Positions 1 through 8,887 are shown, counted from the stretch's first letter. The stretch is DNA of 29,016 nucleotides from Minisyncoccia bacterium (GCA_049303695.1 JBAQNK010000001.1:1-29016); one strand, 5' to 3'. Translations and numbers: made by a program. The notes: generated by a model not told the origin, from the letters alone.

Positions 1-129
1 AAACACACTGTTTGCCAAGGTTGTGGTTTTTATCGTGGTAAAAAAGTTTTAGATTTGGTAAAAAAGGCTGAAAAGAAGCAAAGCAAGCAAAAGAAAGAAA
101 AGGCAAAGAAAGAAGCTGAGAATAAATAA
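1..129 (+). CDS. rpmF: 50S ribosomal protein L32, 3' part (truncated by window edge)
   Basis: Frame 1 reads KHTVCQGCGFYRGKKVLDL..., the L32 HxxCxxCGxYxG motif, then a Lys-rich tail; stop TAA at 127-129. Not in the ORF track. Confidence 0.9.
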   Translation, partial: KHTVCQGCGFYRGKKVLDLVKKAEKKQSKQKKEKAKKEAENK

Positions 130-149
130 TATTTTTGTTTTTTAAAATT

Positions 150-1052
150 ATGGCAAATAGGCACCTTTCCAGATCAATAGTGCTCCAGACGCTTTTTGAG
201 TGGGATTTTAATGGTGCTGGTGATTTTGACGTTAAAAATTCAGTAAAACGTAATTTAGAAGAATTTGCTCCTGGTCTTGAGGACGATGATTTTGTTTTTG
301 CTTTAATTAATCAAATTTTAAAGAAACATAAAGTCATTGACGAAATAATAGAAAAAGCTGCTCCAGATTGGCCTATTGATAAGATCTCTATTGTTGATAG
401 AAATATTTTAAGAATCGGTTTAACCGAGCTTCTTTTTGGCGACAGGAATCAAGTTCCTCCCAAAGTTGCAATCAATGAATCTATAGAATTAGCAAAAACT
501 TTCGGTGGAGAAAATTCAAGTAAATTCGTGAATGGTGTGCTTGGCGCAGTTTATAAAGAAATAGGCGAACCAGGGAAAGATGAAACAAGTAAAAAGAAAA
601 AGGCAGATGAGCCAGTTGATATAACAAAGCTTCCAATTGAAAGAAAAGGTGGAGCGATTGTTTATGCAAAAAAAGGAAAAGATGTTTTGTTTGCTTTTGT
701 TCATGATGTTTTCGGATATTGGACTATTTCTAAGGGGGGTATTGGAGAAGGGGATAATGAGGAAGACGCAACTGTTCGTGAGATAAAAGAAGAGATTGGT
801 TTAGATATAAAAATAATTGAAAAACTTGGCGAAAATGAATATGTAGCAAACCACCCAGAGAAGGGAAAGATTTTAAAAAAAGTTTCGTATTTTTTAGCAG
901 AGAGCGAGTATCGTGAATTAATGCTTGAAAAATCTGGAGGATTGGATGATGCAAGGTGGTTTCAGCTTTCAGAAATTCCAGAGCTTCGTATTTATAATGA
1001 CATAGTTCCACTTATAACTCGTGCGGTTGAGATTATTTCAAAATTAAAATAA
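150..1052 (+). CDS. nusB: Transcription antitermination factor NusB fused to a C-terminal Nudix hydrolase domain
   Basis: NusB motifs RHLSRSIVLQTLFEWD, DWPIDKISIVDRNILR, VAINESIELAKTFG, KFVNGVLG. C-terminal Nudix box GGIGEGDNEEDATVREIKEEIGL. ATG at 150 preferred over TTG at 135. Confidence 0.9.
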   Translation: MANRHLSRSIVLQTLFEWDFNGAGDFDVKNSVKRNLEEFAPGLEDDDFVFALINQILKKHKVIDEIIEKAAPDWPIDKISIVDRNILRIGLTELLFGDRNQVPPKVAINESIELAKTFGGENSSKFVNGVLGAVYKEIGEPGKDETSKKKKADEPVDITKLPIERKGGAIVYAKKGKDVLFAFVHDVFGYWTISKGGIGEGDNEEDATVREIKEEIGLDIKIIEKLGENEYVANHPEKGKILKKVSYFLAESEYRELMLEKSGGLDDARWFQLSEIPELRIYNDIVPLITRAVEIISKLK

Positions 1053-1060
1053 AAAATTCT

Positions 1061-1756
1061 ATGATTCAATTTTCAGATTTTGAAAAAAAGACAAAAATAT
1101 TTTTTGAAGATAAGGACTTACTGAAACAGGCTTTCATACATCGTTCATATATAAACGAAAATCCTTCAGCAGGACTTTCTCATAACGAGCGTTTGGAGTT
1201 TTTAGGTGATGCTGTTTTGGAATTAGTTGTTACTGATTTTCTTTATAGAAAATATCCAACTTATACAGAAGGTGAATTGACAGCATTACGTTCAGCGCTG
1301 GTAAACGCTATTATTATTTCAGAAATAGCTTCAAAAATTGGCATGAATGATTATTTGCTTTTATCAAAAGGTGAAGCAAAAGACATGGGTAAAGCAAGAC
1401 AATATATTTTAGCAAATACATATGAAGCGTATGTTGGCGCAGTTTACTTGGATCAGGGATATGATATTGCAAAAAGATTTATTTCGGAATCTCTTTTACC
1501 ATATACGGAAGAAATAGTTTCTAAAAAGCTTTGGCGTGATGCAAAAAGTCTTGTTCAAGAAAAAGCTCAAGAATTTGTTGGTTTTACCCCTTCTTATAAA
1601 GTTTTACATGAATCAGGTCCAGACCATGATAAGCATTTTACTGTTGGAATTTTCTTTGGAGCTGAATTGATTGGTGAAGGAAAAGGAAAATCAAAACAAG
1701 AAGCAGAACAAAAAGCGGCCGAAGCGGCATTAAAAATCAAGAATTGGTTGGATTAA
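1061..1756 (+). CDS. rnc: Ribonuclease III
   Basis: HNERLEFLGDAVLEL signature; C-terminal dsRBD (DAKSLVQE...GPDHDKHF...GKGKSKQEAEQKAA). Confidence 0.97.
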   Translation: MIQFSDFEKKTKIFFEDKDLLKQAFIHRSYINENPSAGLSHNERLEFLGDAVLELVVTDFLYRKYPTYTEGELTALRSALVNAIIISEIASKIGMNDYLLLSKGEAKDMGKARQYILANTYEAYVGAVYLDQGYDIAKRFISESLLPYTEEIVSKKLWRDAKSLVQEKAQEFVGFTPSYKVLHESGPDHDKHFTVGIFFGAELIGEGKGKSKQEAEQKAAEAALKIKNWLD

Positions 1757-1757
1757 T

Positions 1758-3992
1758 ATGCGACTTAAGAATCTAGAAATAAACGGTTTTAAATCTTTTG
1801 CTAAAAAAACAACTTTGGAATTTTTAAGTCCAGTTGTTTCTGTCGTTGGGCCAAATGGATCTGGTAAATCAAACGTTGTTGAAGCTATTCGTTTCGTATT
1901 GGGCGAACAATCAATGAAATCAATGCGTGGTAAGCAGGGAACTGATTTAATTTTTAAAGGGTCAAAAGGATTACCAAAAGGATCACGTGCTTCTGTTTCA
2001 ATATATTTTAATAATTCTGATAAGATTTTTAAGTTATCAAATGAATCAGGAGAAAATATTAATTTAGATTATGATACTGTTTCAATTTCTCGAGAGGTTT
2101 ATCCTGATGGATTAAATAAATATATTTTAAATGGGACAGAAGTAAGATTAAAAGATATTAATAATCTTTTGGCGTCCGTTAACATAGGTTCTTCAGGTCA
2201 CCACATTATTTCTCAAGGCGAGGCAGATAGAATATTAAATGCTTCACCAAAAGACAGAAGGGAAATGGTGGAGGATGCTTTAGGTCTTAAGATTTATCAA
2301 TATAAAATAAAAGAATCTGAGAGAAAGCTTGAACGAACAAGTAATAATATGAAAGAAGTTTCTCTTTTGCGTAGAGAAAATGCCCCACATCTTAATTTTC
2401 TAAAAAAGCAGGTTGAGAAATTTGAGAAAGCAAAAGAAATGAAAAAAGATTTGCTTTCTATTTATCAAGAATATCTTAAAAAAGAAAGCATTTATTTAGA
2501 TAATGAAAAATCAAACTTAGTTTCAGAAAAAAATAAAATTTCTAGCGAAATTGAAAGTATCGCTGGAAAAATTTCTGAGGGAGGAGATTCAAACATTATA
2601 ATGGAAAGTGCGAAAGCTGAAGAGTTGAGAACTTTTGAGCGTAAGGTTTCTGAAATTCGAGGAGTAAAAGGTGAAATAGAAAGGAAACTCGGAAGAATTG
2701 AGGGAATGATTGAAATGGAAGAAAGAAGGACAGAGAAGCCTGTAAAGTCTGAAAATGTCTCCATTCCTAGAGAAGAATTAGAAACCTTCCTAAAAGAAAC
2801 AAATGAGTATTTAGAGGAAGTGATGTATATAGATGTGCTTGAAAATGTAGCGCCTCTTTTAGGTAAAATAAGAGATATTTTAAATAAATTTTCTAGGCAT
2901 TTTAAGATAGAAGAAACAGGGAATATTGATAATTCTCAATTGAATGATTTAAAAAATACACAGCAAGAGATACTTGCAGAAATGCAAAAAATACAGGATG
3001 AGGAAAGGAAGATTGCAGAGTCAGTTGAAGTGTTAAAGCAAGAAATTTCAAAAGAAATGGAAGCCGATCGTGACAAAGAGCGAGAAAAATTTACACTAAA
3101 AGTTAGACATCAAGAATTATCTTCTTCTTTGAATATTATTGCTGTAAAGGAAGAAAGTTTGTTGAGAGAGACAGAATCATTTGAAAATGAAATAAAAGAA
3201 GGGGGAGCTCTTATAGGTGCTGACATTTTATCTTATAAAACTTTTGAAGTTGAGGGGACTCCTGACAGAAATATGCAGGAAGAAATTAGGAGAAAAATTG
3301 AGCGCATTAAAATAAAATTAGAAGATGCAGGTGCAGGCGGAGGTTCTGAAGTGATAAAAGAATTTGAAGAAGTAATGGAACGCGATAGATTTTTGGAAAA
3401 AGAAATGGAAGATTTGGCAAAAAGTATTGAATCTTTGCAAACATTGATTGCTGATTTGAAAGAAAAAATAAATAAAGAATTTCAAGATGGTGTTCTAAAA
3501 ATAAATAAAGAATTTCAAGAATTCTTTGCTCTTATGTTTGGAGGAGGAACAGGTTCTTTGGCTATAATTTCAGAGCAAAAGAGAAAAAAGGAAGATGAAG
3601 AACAAGAAATAGAAAACGAAGAAGAAACTATCAGAGAACAAGGGATTGAAATAAATGTTTCTCTTCCTCATAAAAAAGTTAAAGAACTTCACGCATTATC
3701 AGGAGGGGAAAGGTCTCTCACTTCTATTGCTTTGTTGTTTGCAATGTCGCAAGTTAACCCTCCGCCATTCCTTGTGCTTGATGAAACTGACGCAGCTCTT
3801 GATGAAGCAAATTCTCGTAAGTATGGAGATATGCTTGAAAAGCTTTCAAAACGTTCTCAGCTCATTGTTGTTACTCACAATCGCGAAACAATGTCTCGAG
3901 CAGGAGTACTTTATGGAGTAACGATAGGCTCCGATGGGGCATCTAAGCTTTTATCTGTCAAGTTTGAAGAGGCTACGGCTATTGCAAAATAA
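1758..3992 (+). CDS. smc: SMC-family chromosome segregation ATPase, unusually short (744 aa)
   Basis: GFKSF start, Walker A GPNGSGKSN, Q-loop IISQG, signature LSGGE, Walker B/D-loop LVLDETDAALDEAN, H-loop VVTHN, coiled-coil middle; conserved rnc-smc order. Confidence 0.9.
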   Translation: MRLKNLEINGFKSFAKKTTLEFLSPVVSVVGPNGSGKSNVVEAIRFVLGEQSMKSMRGKQGTDLIFKGSKGLPKGSRASVSIYFNNSDKIFKLSNESGENINLDYDTVSISREVYPDGLNKYILNGTEVRLKDINNLLASVNIGSSGHHIISQGEADRILNASPKDRREMVEDALGLKIYQYKIKESERKLERTSNNMKEVSLLRRENAPHLNFLKKQVEKFEKAKEMKKDLLSIYQEYLKKESIYLDNEKSNLVSEKNKISSEIESIAGKISEGGDSNIIMESAKAEELRTFERKVSEIRGVKGEIERKLGRIEGMIEMEERRTEKPVKSENVSIPREELETFLKETNEYLEEVMYIDVLENVAPLLGKIRDILNKFSRHFKIEETGNIDNSQLNDLKNTQQEILAEMQKIQDEERKIAESVEVLKQEISKEMEADRDKEREKFTLKVRHQELSSSLNIIAVKEESLLRETESFENEIKEGGALIGADILSYKTFEVEGTPDRNMQEEIRRKIERIKIKLEDAGAGGGSEVIKEFEEVMERDRFLEKEMEDLAKSIESLQTLIADLKEKINKEFQDGVLKINKEFQEFFALMFGGGTGSLAIISEQKRKKEDEEQEIENEEETIREQGIEINVSLPHKKVKELHALSGGERSLTSIALLFAMSQVNPPPFLVLDETDAALDEANSRKYGDMLEKLSKRSQLIVVTHNRETMSRAGVLYGVTIGSDGASKLLSVKFEEATAIAK
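3464..3520 (+). repeat. Perfect 24-bp direct repeat with 33-bp period inside smc
   Basis: AAAAATAAATAAAGAATTTCAAGA at 3464-3487 and 3497-3520, encoding KINKEFQD and KINKEFQE. Confidence 0.85.
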
Positions 3993-4006
3993 GGGTTTTA
4001 ATGCTA

Positions 4007-4035
4007 TTGACATTATTTATTATATGGTATATAAT
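4007..4035 (+). promoter_or_regulatory. Perfect-consensus sigma70 promoter for ORF 4074-4268
   Basis: TTGACA (4007-4012), 17-nt spacer, TATAAT (4030-4035). Confidence 0.85.
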
Positions 4036-4073
4036 GATCACGAATCATATATTACTAACTAAAACCCTTTTAT

Positions 4074-4268
4074 ATGAAAAACTTTTTTAAGTTCTTTATT
4101 ATGGCTTTTGCTTCTGCAAAAAGATTTAATGAAAGAGTATTAACTTACTCTGAATTAACAGCTAAACGAGATAAAGCTATCATTGCAACGGTTATTTTTT
4201 GTGTACCAGCAATGTTTGTTGTATTAGTTGGTTTATTAGTTATGTTTGAACCCTGGTTGCAAAAATAA
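4074..4268 (+). CDS. Small hypothetical membrane protein (64 aa)
   Basis: One C-terminal hydrophobic helix (AIIATVIFCVPAMFVVLVGLLVMF); has its own consensus promoter and a downstream terminator. Confidence 0.65.
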   Translation: MKNFFKFFIMAFASAKRFNERVLTYSELTAKRDKAIIATVIFCVPAMFVVLVGLLVMFEPWLQK

Positions 4269-4281
4269 AAAATTTTAAAAT

Positions 4282-4311
4282 AAAAAATGCGGAGAAATCT
4301 GCATTTTTTTT
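4282..4311. terminator. Bidirectional intrinsic terminator
   Basis: AAAAAATGCGGA-GAAA-TCTGCATTTTTT hairpin with A/T tracts on both sides, between convergent genes. Confidence 0.75.
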
Positions 4312-6205
4312 ATTGTTCAATTTTTTGAAATTCTTGAAATTTTATATTTTCTTCTTTGCCTTTTGTTATTTTTTCTGGTTGGAAAACTTTACTCAAATTA
4401 ACGGTATTTTTTTTGATTGTCATTGAGCCATTTTTTTCTAATTTTATTTCAAGCAACATTCCTTGCATTGTATTTTCAGAAAAATATTGGTCAAAAATAA
4501 AGTTACCTAGAGAGTAGGCGATGAATCCATTTTTATAAACTTCAGTGTCTTCTACGACGTGTGGATGAGTGCCGATTATTATTTTAGCACCATCATCTAT
4601 CGCTTTATGTGCTAAATATTCTTGTCTGTTGTTGTGTTCGATTTTATATTCTTCGCCGAAATGAAATGAGACTATCAAATGATCAACTTGTTTTGAAGCA
4701 TTTTGTATTATTTCGTCAAAACGTGGATTGCTTGTTAAAAGAAGTCCAGCATTACTTTCGCTTGCTGGCATATTTGGTCCAACGTCAGAAAACCCTAAAT
4801 AACCTATTTTGATTCCATATTTTTCTATGACAACAGGCTGCTCAGATTCATTTTTATTTATTCCTCCTCCTGTATAAGAAATTTCATTTTCTTTTAATCT
4901 TGCTAGAGTATCAGCGTAAGCGTCACGTCCCCAATCACCAGCATGATTATTTGCGACAGAAAGAATATCAAATCCAGATCCTTTTAATGCAGGAATTACA
5001 GACGGATCCATTCTGAATGAATATAGGTTTTTTCTGTCACTGCCTTTATCTGACGCTGGGCCTTCTAAGTTTGCAAAAACAATGTCTGCGCTTTTTAGAA
5101 GATTAAGATTTTCAAACATAAGGGAGTAATCTCCACCAAAGTTTTTCATAACGGAATTTTTTACACCACGATCAAGCATTATATCGCCTCCAAATAAAAG
5201 GGTCACAAAATTTGGTTCTATGTCTTCTACAGTTCCTTCTTTTTGTTTAACCCATTCTGTGTCTTTGTCACTTTCCATCCCATAATAAATGTTCTTTTTT
5301 AAATAATTAAATATATTGCTGACATCTTTATATCTATCTGGACTTCTTAATACTATTATACCAATGTTACGTGCTCCTGATTCACTGATAGGAATTGAAA
5401 AAATAGACAATGCTGTTTGTTTTGATTCATCAATGTATCCTCTTTTTCCTCCTATATATCCTTCAAAATTTAAGAATTGGCTATTATTGAACCAAGTATG
5501 AATTTTATTATTAAAACTTTTCTTTGTTGTTATTGTTAACAGGTCTGGTTTATTTATTTTTAAATATTTTGCGAATTTAAAAAGATCGGTTGCTGTTGAG
5601 TGATTGTTTTCTGAGAGTCCGCTTGGGTCTTCAAATGAAGTTAAAAATAGTCCCAATTCTTTTGATTTTTCATTCATTTTTTCTATAAAAGTATCTCGTC
5701 CTGATTTTTCTGCTAGCGCCTCCGCTGCGTCGTTGCTTGATTCAAGCAAAAGGGGATAAATTAAATCACCTGTTTTAATTTTTTCATTTAATCTTAGATT
5801 TCCATTTTCTCCATATGTCGCCAAAGTTTTTTTTGATATTTGAGCAATTTCACTTTTATTTTGGATATCTTCTGAAACTACAGCTGTCATGAGTTTTGAT
5901 ACGGACGCAATAGGGAATTGTTGGTCTTTGTTTTTTGCTAATATTATTTCTCCTGTATCTAAATCTCCAACTAAATACGCCTCTGCTTTTATTTTCGGTT
6001 GTTTTTTTGGATCTTTTATAAAATAAAACAGTTTCGGTGTCTCGTCTTCTTTTATAGTTTCATTTTTATTTATATTAGTATTTGTTTGTGATATTGGTTC
6101 ATAACCGATAGTTTTAGAAATAGTAGAAGCCAAAAAAAATCCGATGAACAATGAAAATGTTATCCAAAAAATATATTTTAATTTTGGTTTTAAGCCGAGA
6201 ATCAT
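4310..6205 (-). CDS. Membrane-anchored fusion: D-Ala-D-Ala carboxypeptidase (peptidase S11) plus CapA/PGA_cap metallophosphatase domain
   Basis: N-terminal TM helix. S11 motifs IASVSKLMTA (SxxK), ESSNDAA (SxN), FEDPSGL, GGKRGY (KTG position). CapA motifs GDIM, NLE, ANNHAGDWG, HFGEEY, GTHPHVV, YSLGNFIFDQ. Confidence 0.85.
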   Translation of the reverse strand: MILGLKPKLKYIFWITFSLFIGFFLASTISKTIGYEPISQTNTNINKNETIKEDETPKLFYFIKDPKKQPKIKAEAYLVGDLDTGEIILAKNKDQQFPIASVSKLMTAVVSEDIQNKSEIAQISKKTLATYGENGNLRLNEKIKTGDLIYPLLLESSNDAAEALAEKSGRDTFIEKMNEKSKELGLFLTSFEDPSGLSENNHSTATDLFKFAKYLKINKPDLLTITTKKSFNNKIHTWFNNSQFLNFEGYIGGKRGYIDESKQTALSIFSIPISESGARNIGIIVLRSPDRYKDVSNIFNYLKKNIYYGMESDKDTEWVKQKEGTVEDIEPNFVTLLFGGDIMLDRGVKNSVMKNFGGDYSLMFENLNLLKSADIVFANLEGPASDKGSDRKNLYSFRMDPSVIPALKGSGFDILSVANNHAGDWGRDAYADTLARLKENEISYTGGGINKNESEQPVVIEKYGIKIGYLGFSDVGPNMPASESNAGLLLTSNPRFDEIIQNASKQVDHLIVSFHFGEEYKIEHNNRQEYLAHKAIDDGAKIIIGTHPHVVEDTEVYKNGFIAYSLGNFIFDQYFSENTMQGMLLEIKLEKNGSMTIKKNTVNLSKVFQPEKITKGKEENIKFQEFQKIEQ

Positions 6206-8112
6206 ACTAATACATAATCTATTGTTTTTCGTTCCAAATCAACTCCTTTTACCTTTATTTTTATTTTTTCACCAAAACGATATTTTTTCTTTTTTTTCTT
6301 TCCAGAAAGTTCCATTTTCTTTTCATTAAAAATATAAAAGTCGTCTGATATGTCTCGAACTCTTACGAGGCCTTCACATTTTGTTTCTACTTCTTCAACA
6401 TAAATGCCCCATTCAGTGATCCCGCTTATTATTCCTTCAAAAACTTTTCCTATGCGATGAGACATGTATTCAGTTTGTTTGTATTTTACAGAAGCTCTTT
6501 CCGCGTCGGACGCTCTTTTTTCTTGTTCGGACGATTTACGAGAAATTTTCTCATATTCTAATAGTTTTTCTTTTCCAATTTTTTTACCACTGAGATAATC
6601 TGATAAAAGACGATGAACGATTACATCTGGGTATCGTCTGATTGGGGAAGTGAAATGAGTGTAATATTCAAATGCTAATCCATAGTGTCCTATGTTTTTT
6701 GTTGAATAGATTGCTTTTGCCATAGAGCGTATAACTGCGCGATGAACTGTATTTTTTTCATTTTCTTTTATACTTTTCAATATATTATTTATTTCATAAG
6801 ATGGAATAACCCCTTCTTTTAAGGATACTTTATGTCCCAAGCTTCTTAAAAAGAACGCTAAATCTGTCATTTTTTCTTTGCTTGGTGTGTCATGTACACG
6901 ATATACGAAAACACCTTCCTCTTTCTTGATTCCTTTGGAAATTGTTTCTGCAACTTTTTTATTTGCTAAAAGCATGAATTCTTCAATCAATCTATTTGAA
7001 TCTCCGCGTATCTTCTTTGTTACTTTTATTGGAACTCCATTTTTATCCAGAACAAATTTTACTTCTTCTTGATCAAGAGATATTGCGCCTTTTGAAAATC
7101 TTTCTTTTGTAAATTTTTTAGCTAAATTATTTAAAATAGAAAGTTCTTTGTGAAATTTTTCGTTTGAATTTTTAATTGTCTTTTCAGCTTCTTCGTAAGT
7201 GAATCTTTTGTGTGAATGAATAACAGTTCGTCCAAACCATTGGCTTTTTATTTTTGCATCTTTATCAATTGTGAAAACTGCGCTCATGGTCAATCTGTCT
7301 TTTTCTGGAACAAGGGAACATAGGTCGTTTGATAAATTTTCTGGAAGCATTGGTATCGTACGATCCACAAGATATACGGAAGTTCCTCTTTCTCTTGCTT
7401 CACGATCAAGTTCGCTTCCTGTTTTTACATAATGTGATACGTCTGCAATATGTATGCCAATTTCATATTCATTAGGGGAGAGTTCTTTAAAAGAAATTGC
7501 ATCATCAAAGTCTTTTGCATCGCTTGGATCAATTGTAAAAGTTAATATTTTTCTAAAATCTCTTCGTCCCGCATAATCTTCATTTTTAATTCCACTTAAT
7601 TTTATTTTACCTGCTTCCTCTTCAGCTTTTTTAGATAATTGAGAATCAAAACCTTTTTCCATTGCTATAGCGTGCATCTCTGCGTTATTGTCTCCTGGTT
7701 TACCGAAAACTTTTATCACTTTACCTTCAGGGGATTTTTGAGAATCTTCCCATGAAATTATTTCAGCAAATATTTTATCTCCGACTTTTGCGCCGTTTGT
7801 CATTTCTTTTGGTATCAGAATATCAGTATACATTTTTGTATCGTCTGGCTTTAAAAAAAATATTCCTTTTTCTTCTTCAAGCACTCCCGCGAAACTGCTT
7901 TTTGAACGATTCAATATTTTTGAAACTTCTGCTGTTTGCCGTCCTTTTGTTTTTGGGTGTAAGAGTATTTCCACACTATCTCCATTTAAAGCTGTATTTA
8001 GATGCCTTGAATCAATTTCTATGTCATCTTCGTAGCCTTGAACTTCTACATATCCAGTGCCTTTTGAAGAAATGGAAATAAGCCCTTCTTTTCTGTTGTT
8101 TTGTTTTTTCAT
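6202..8112 (-). CDS. rnr: Ribonuclease R
   Basis: Cold-shock domains, RNB motifs TIDPSDAKDFDDAIS, HIADVSHYV, LIEEFMLLAN, YTHFTSPIRRYPD, and a C-terminal S1 domain. Confidence 0.93.
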   Translation of the reverse strand: MKKQNNRKEGLISISSKGTGYVEVQGYEDDIEIDSRHLNTALNGDSVEILLHPKTKGRQTAEVSKILNRSKSSFAGVLEEEKGIFFLKPDDTKMYTDILIPKEMTNGAKVGDKIFAEIISWEDSQKSPEGKVIKVFGKPGDNNAEMHAIAMEKGFDSQLSKKAEEEAGKIKLSGIKNEDYAGRRDFRKILTFTIDPSDAKDFDDAISFKELSPNEYEIGIHIADVSHYVKTGSELDREARERGTSVYLVDRTIPMLPENLSNDLCSLVPEKDRLTMSAVFTIDKDAKIKSQWFGRTVIHSHKRFTYEEAEKTIKNSNEKFHKELSILNNLAKKFTKERFSKGAISLDQEEVKFVLDKNGVPIKVTKKIRGDSNRLIEEFMLLANKKVAETISKGIKKEEGVFVYRVHDTPSKEKMTDLAFFLRSLGHKVSLKEGVIPSYEINNILKSIKENEKNTVHRAVIRSMAKAIYSTKNIGHYGLAFEYYTHFTSPIRRYPDVIVHRLLSDYLSGKKIGKEKLLEYEKISRKSSEQEKRASDAERASVKYKQTEYMSHRIGKVFEGIISGITEWGIYVEEVETKCEGLVRVRDISDDFYIFNEKKMELSGKKKKKKYRFGEKIKIKVKGVDLERKTIDYVLV

Positions 8113-8119
8113 CCTTTTA

Positions 8120-8128
8120 AATATAGCA
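8120..8128 (-). promoter_or_regulatory. Extended -10 promoter for rnr
   Basis: Minus strand TGcTATATT, ending 7 nt upstream of the ATG at 8112. Confidence 0.55.
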
Positions 8129-8134
8129 CACTAT

Positions 8135-8162
8135 TTGCCTTTTAAAATCTTTATGCTAGTAT
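8135..8162 (+). promoter_or_regulatory. Promoter for rpsP
   Basis: TTGCCT (8135-8140), 16-nt spacer ending in TGc, TAGTAT (8157-8162), then 6 nt to the ATG. Confidence 0.55.
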
Positions 8163-8168
8163 AAATCT

Positions 8169-8477
8169 ATGTTAAAAATAAGATTACAGAGAATAGGTAG
8201 AAAAAATGATCCAGCATTTCGTGCAGTTTTGACTGATTCAAAGAACAGCACAAAGAGCGGAAGATTTTTAGAAATTGTCGGCACATATAATCCAAAAGCT
8301 GGTGAAGCAAATTTCAAAGCTGATAGAATAAAATATTGGATGTCAAAAGGCGCAAAGCTTTCTGACACTATGCATAATTTCTTGGTTCATCAAAAAGTTA
8401 TTGAAGGAAAAAAGGTTAATGTATTGCCTAAAAAGAAACCTACTCTTAAGAGAAAGGAGTTGAAAGCTAAAAAATAA
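8169..8477 (+). CDS. rpsP: 30S ribosomal protein S16
   Basis: MLKIRLQRIGRKNDPAFRAVLTDS...GRFLEIVGTYNP...YWMSKGAKLSDT. Confidence 0.97.
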   Translation: MLKIRLQRIGRKNDPAFRAVLTDSKNSTKSGRFLEIVGTYNPKAGEANFKADRIKYWMSKGAKLSDTMHNFLVHQKVIEGKKVNVLPKKKPTLKRKELKAKK

Positions 8478-8549
8478 TTCTATATAATTATATAAGCAGT
8501 CATTTGGTCGTAACACTGCATTGATTAAAAATATTTATTTCTGAATACT

Positions 8550-8873
8550 ATGCAAGACGCTGACAAAGATTTTCTTGAATACGTAGTGAAAGCTCTCGTT
8601 GATAATCCGAACGATGTAAAAATCGATCGTACTGTTGACGAAATGGGTGTACTCATTAGTCTTACTGTTAATCCTGCTGATATGGGCAAGATTATCGGAA
8701 GAATGGGGAACACAGCAAAAGCTATTCGTACTCTTCTAAGAATCATTGGCATGAAAAATAATGCCCGTGTAAACTTGAAGATCAACGAACCAGAAGGAAG
8801 CACAAGACCAGCTCCAAGCTCAAGTTCAACAAAAACTGTTGACCAAGCTATGGAAGATTTAAAGGGAATTTAG
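8550..8873 (+). CDS. khpA: KH-domain RNA-binding protein KhpA (YlqC/UPF0109)
   Basis: LEYVVKALVDNPNDVKI...DMGKIIGRMGNTAKAIRTLL (GxxG KH loop); canonical position after rpsP. Confidence 0.92.
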   Translation: MQDADKDFLEYVVKALVDNPNDVKIDRTVDEMGVLISLTVNPADMGKIIGRMGNTAKAIRTLLRIIGMKNNARVNLKINEPEGSTRPAPSSSSTKTVDQAMEDLKGI

Positions 8874-8887
8874 TTTTTAAATGAAAG

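Noticed and set aside
8496..8519. Short GCAGT...ACTGC inverted repeat between rpsP and khpA
   Set aside because: A 5-bp stem is too weak to call a regulatory RNA without comparative data.
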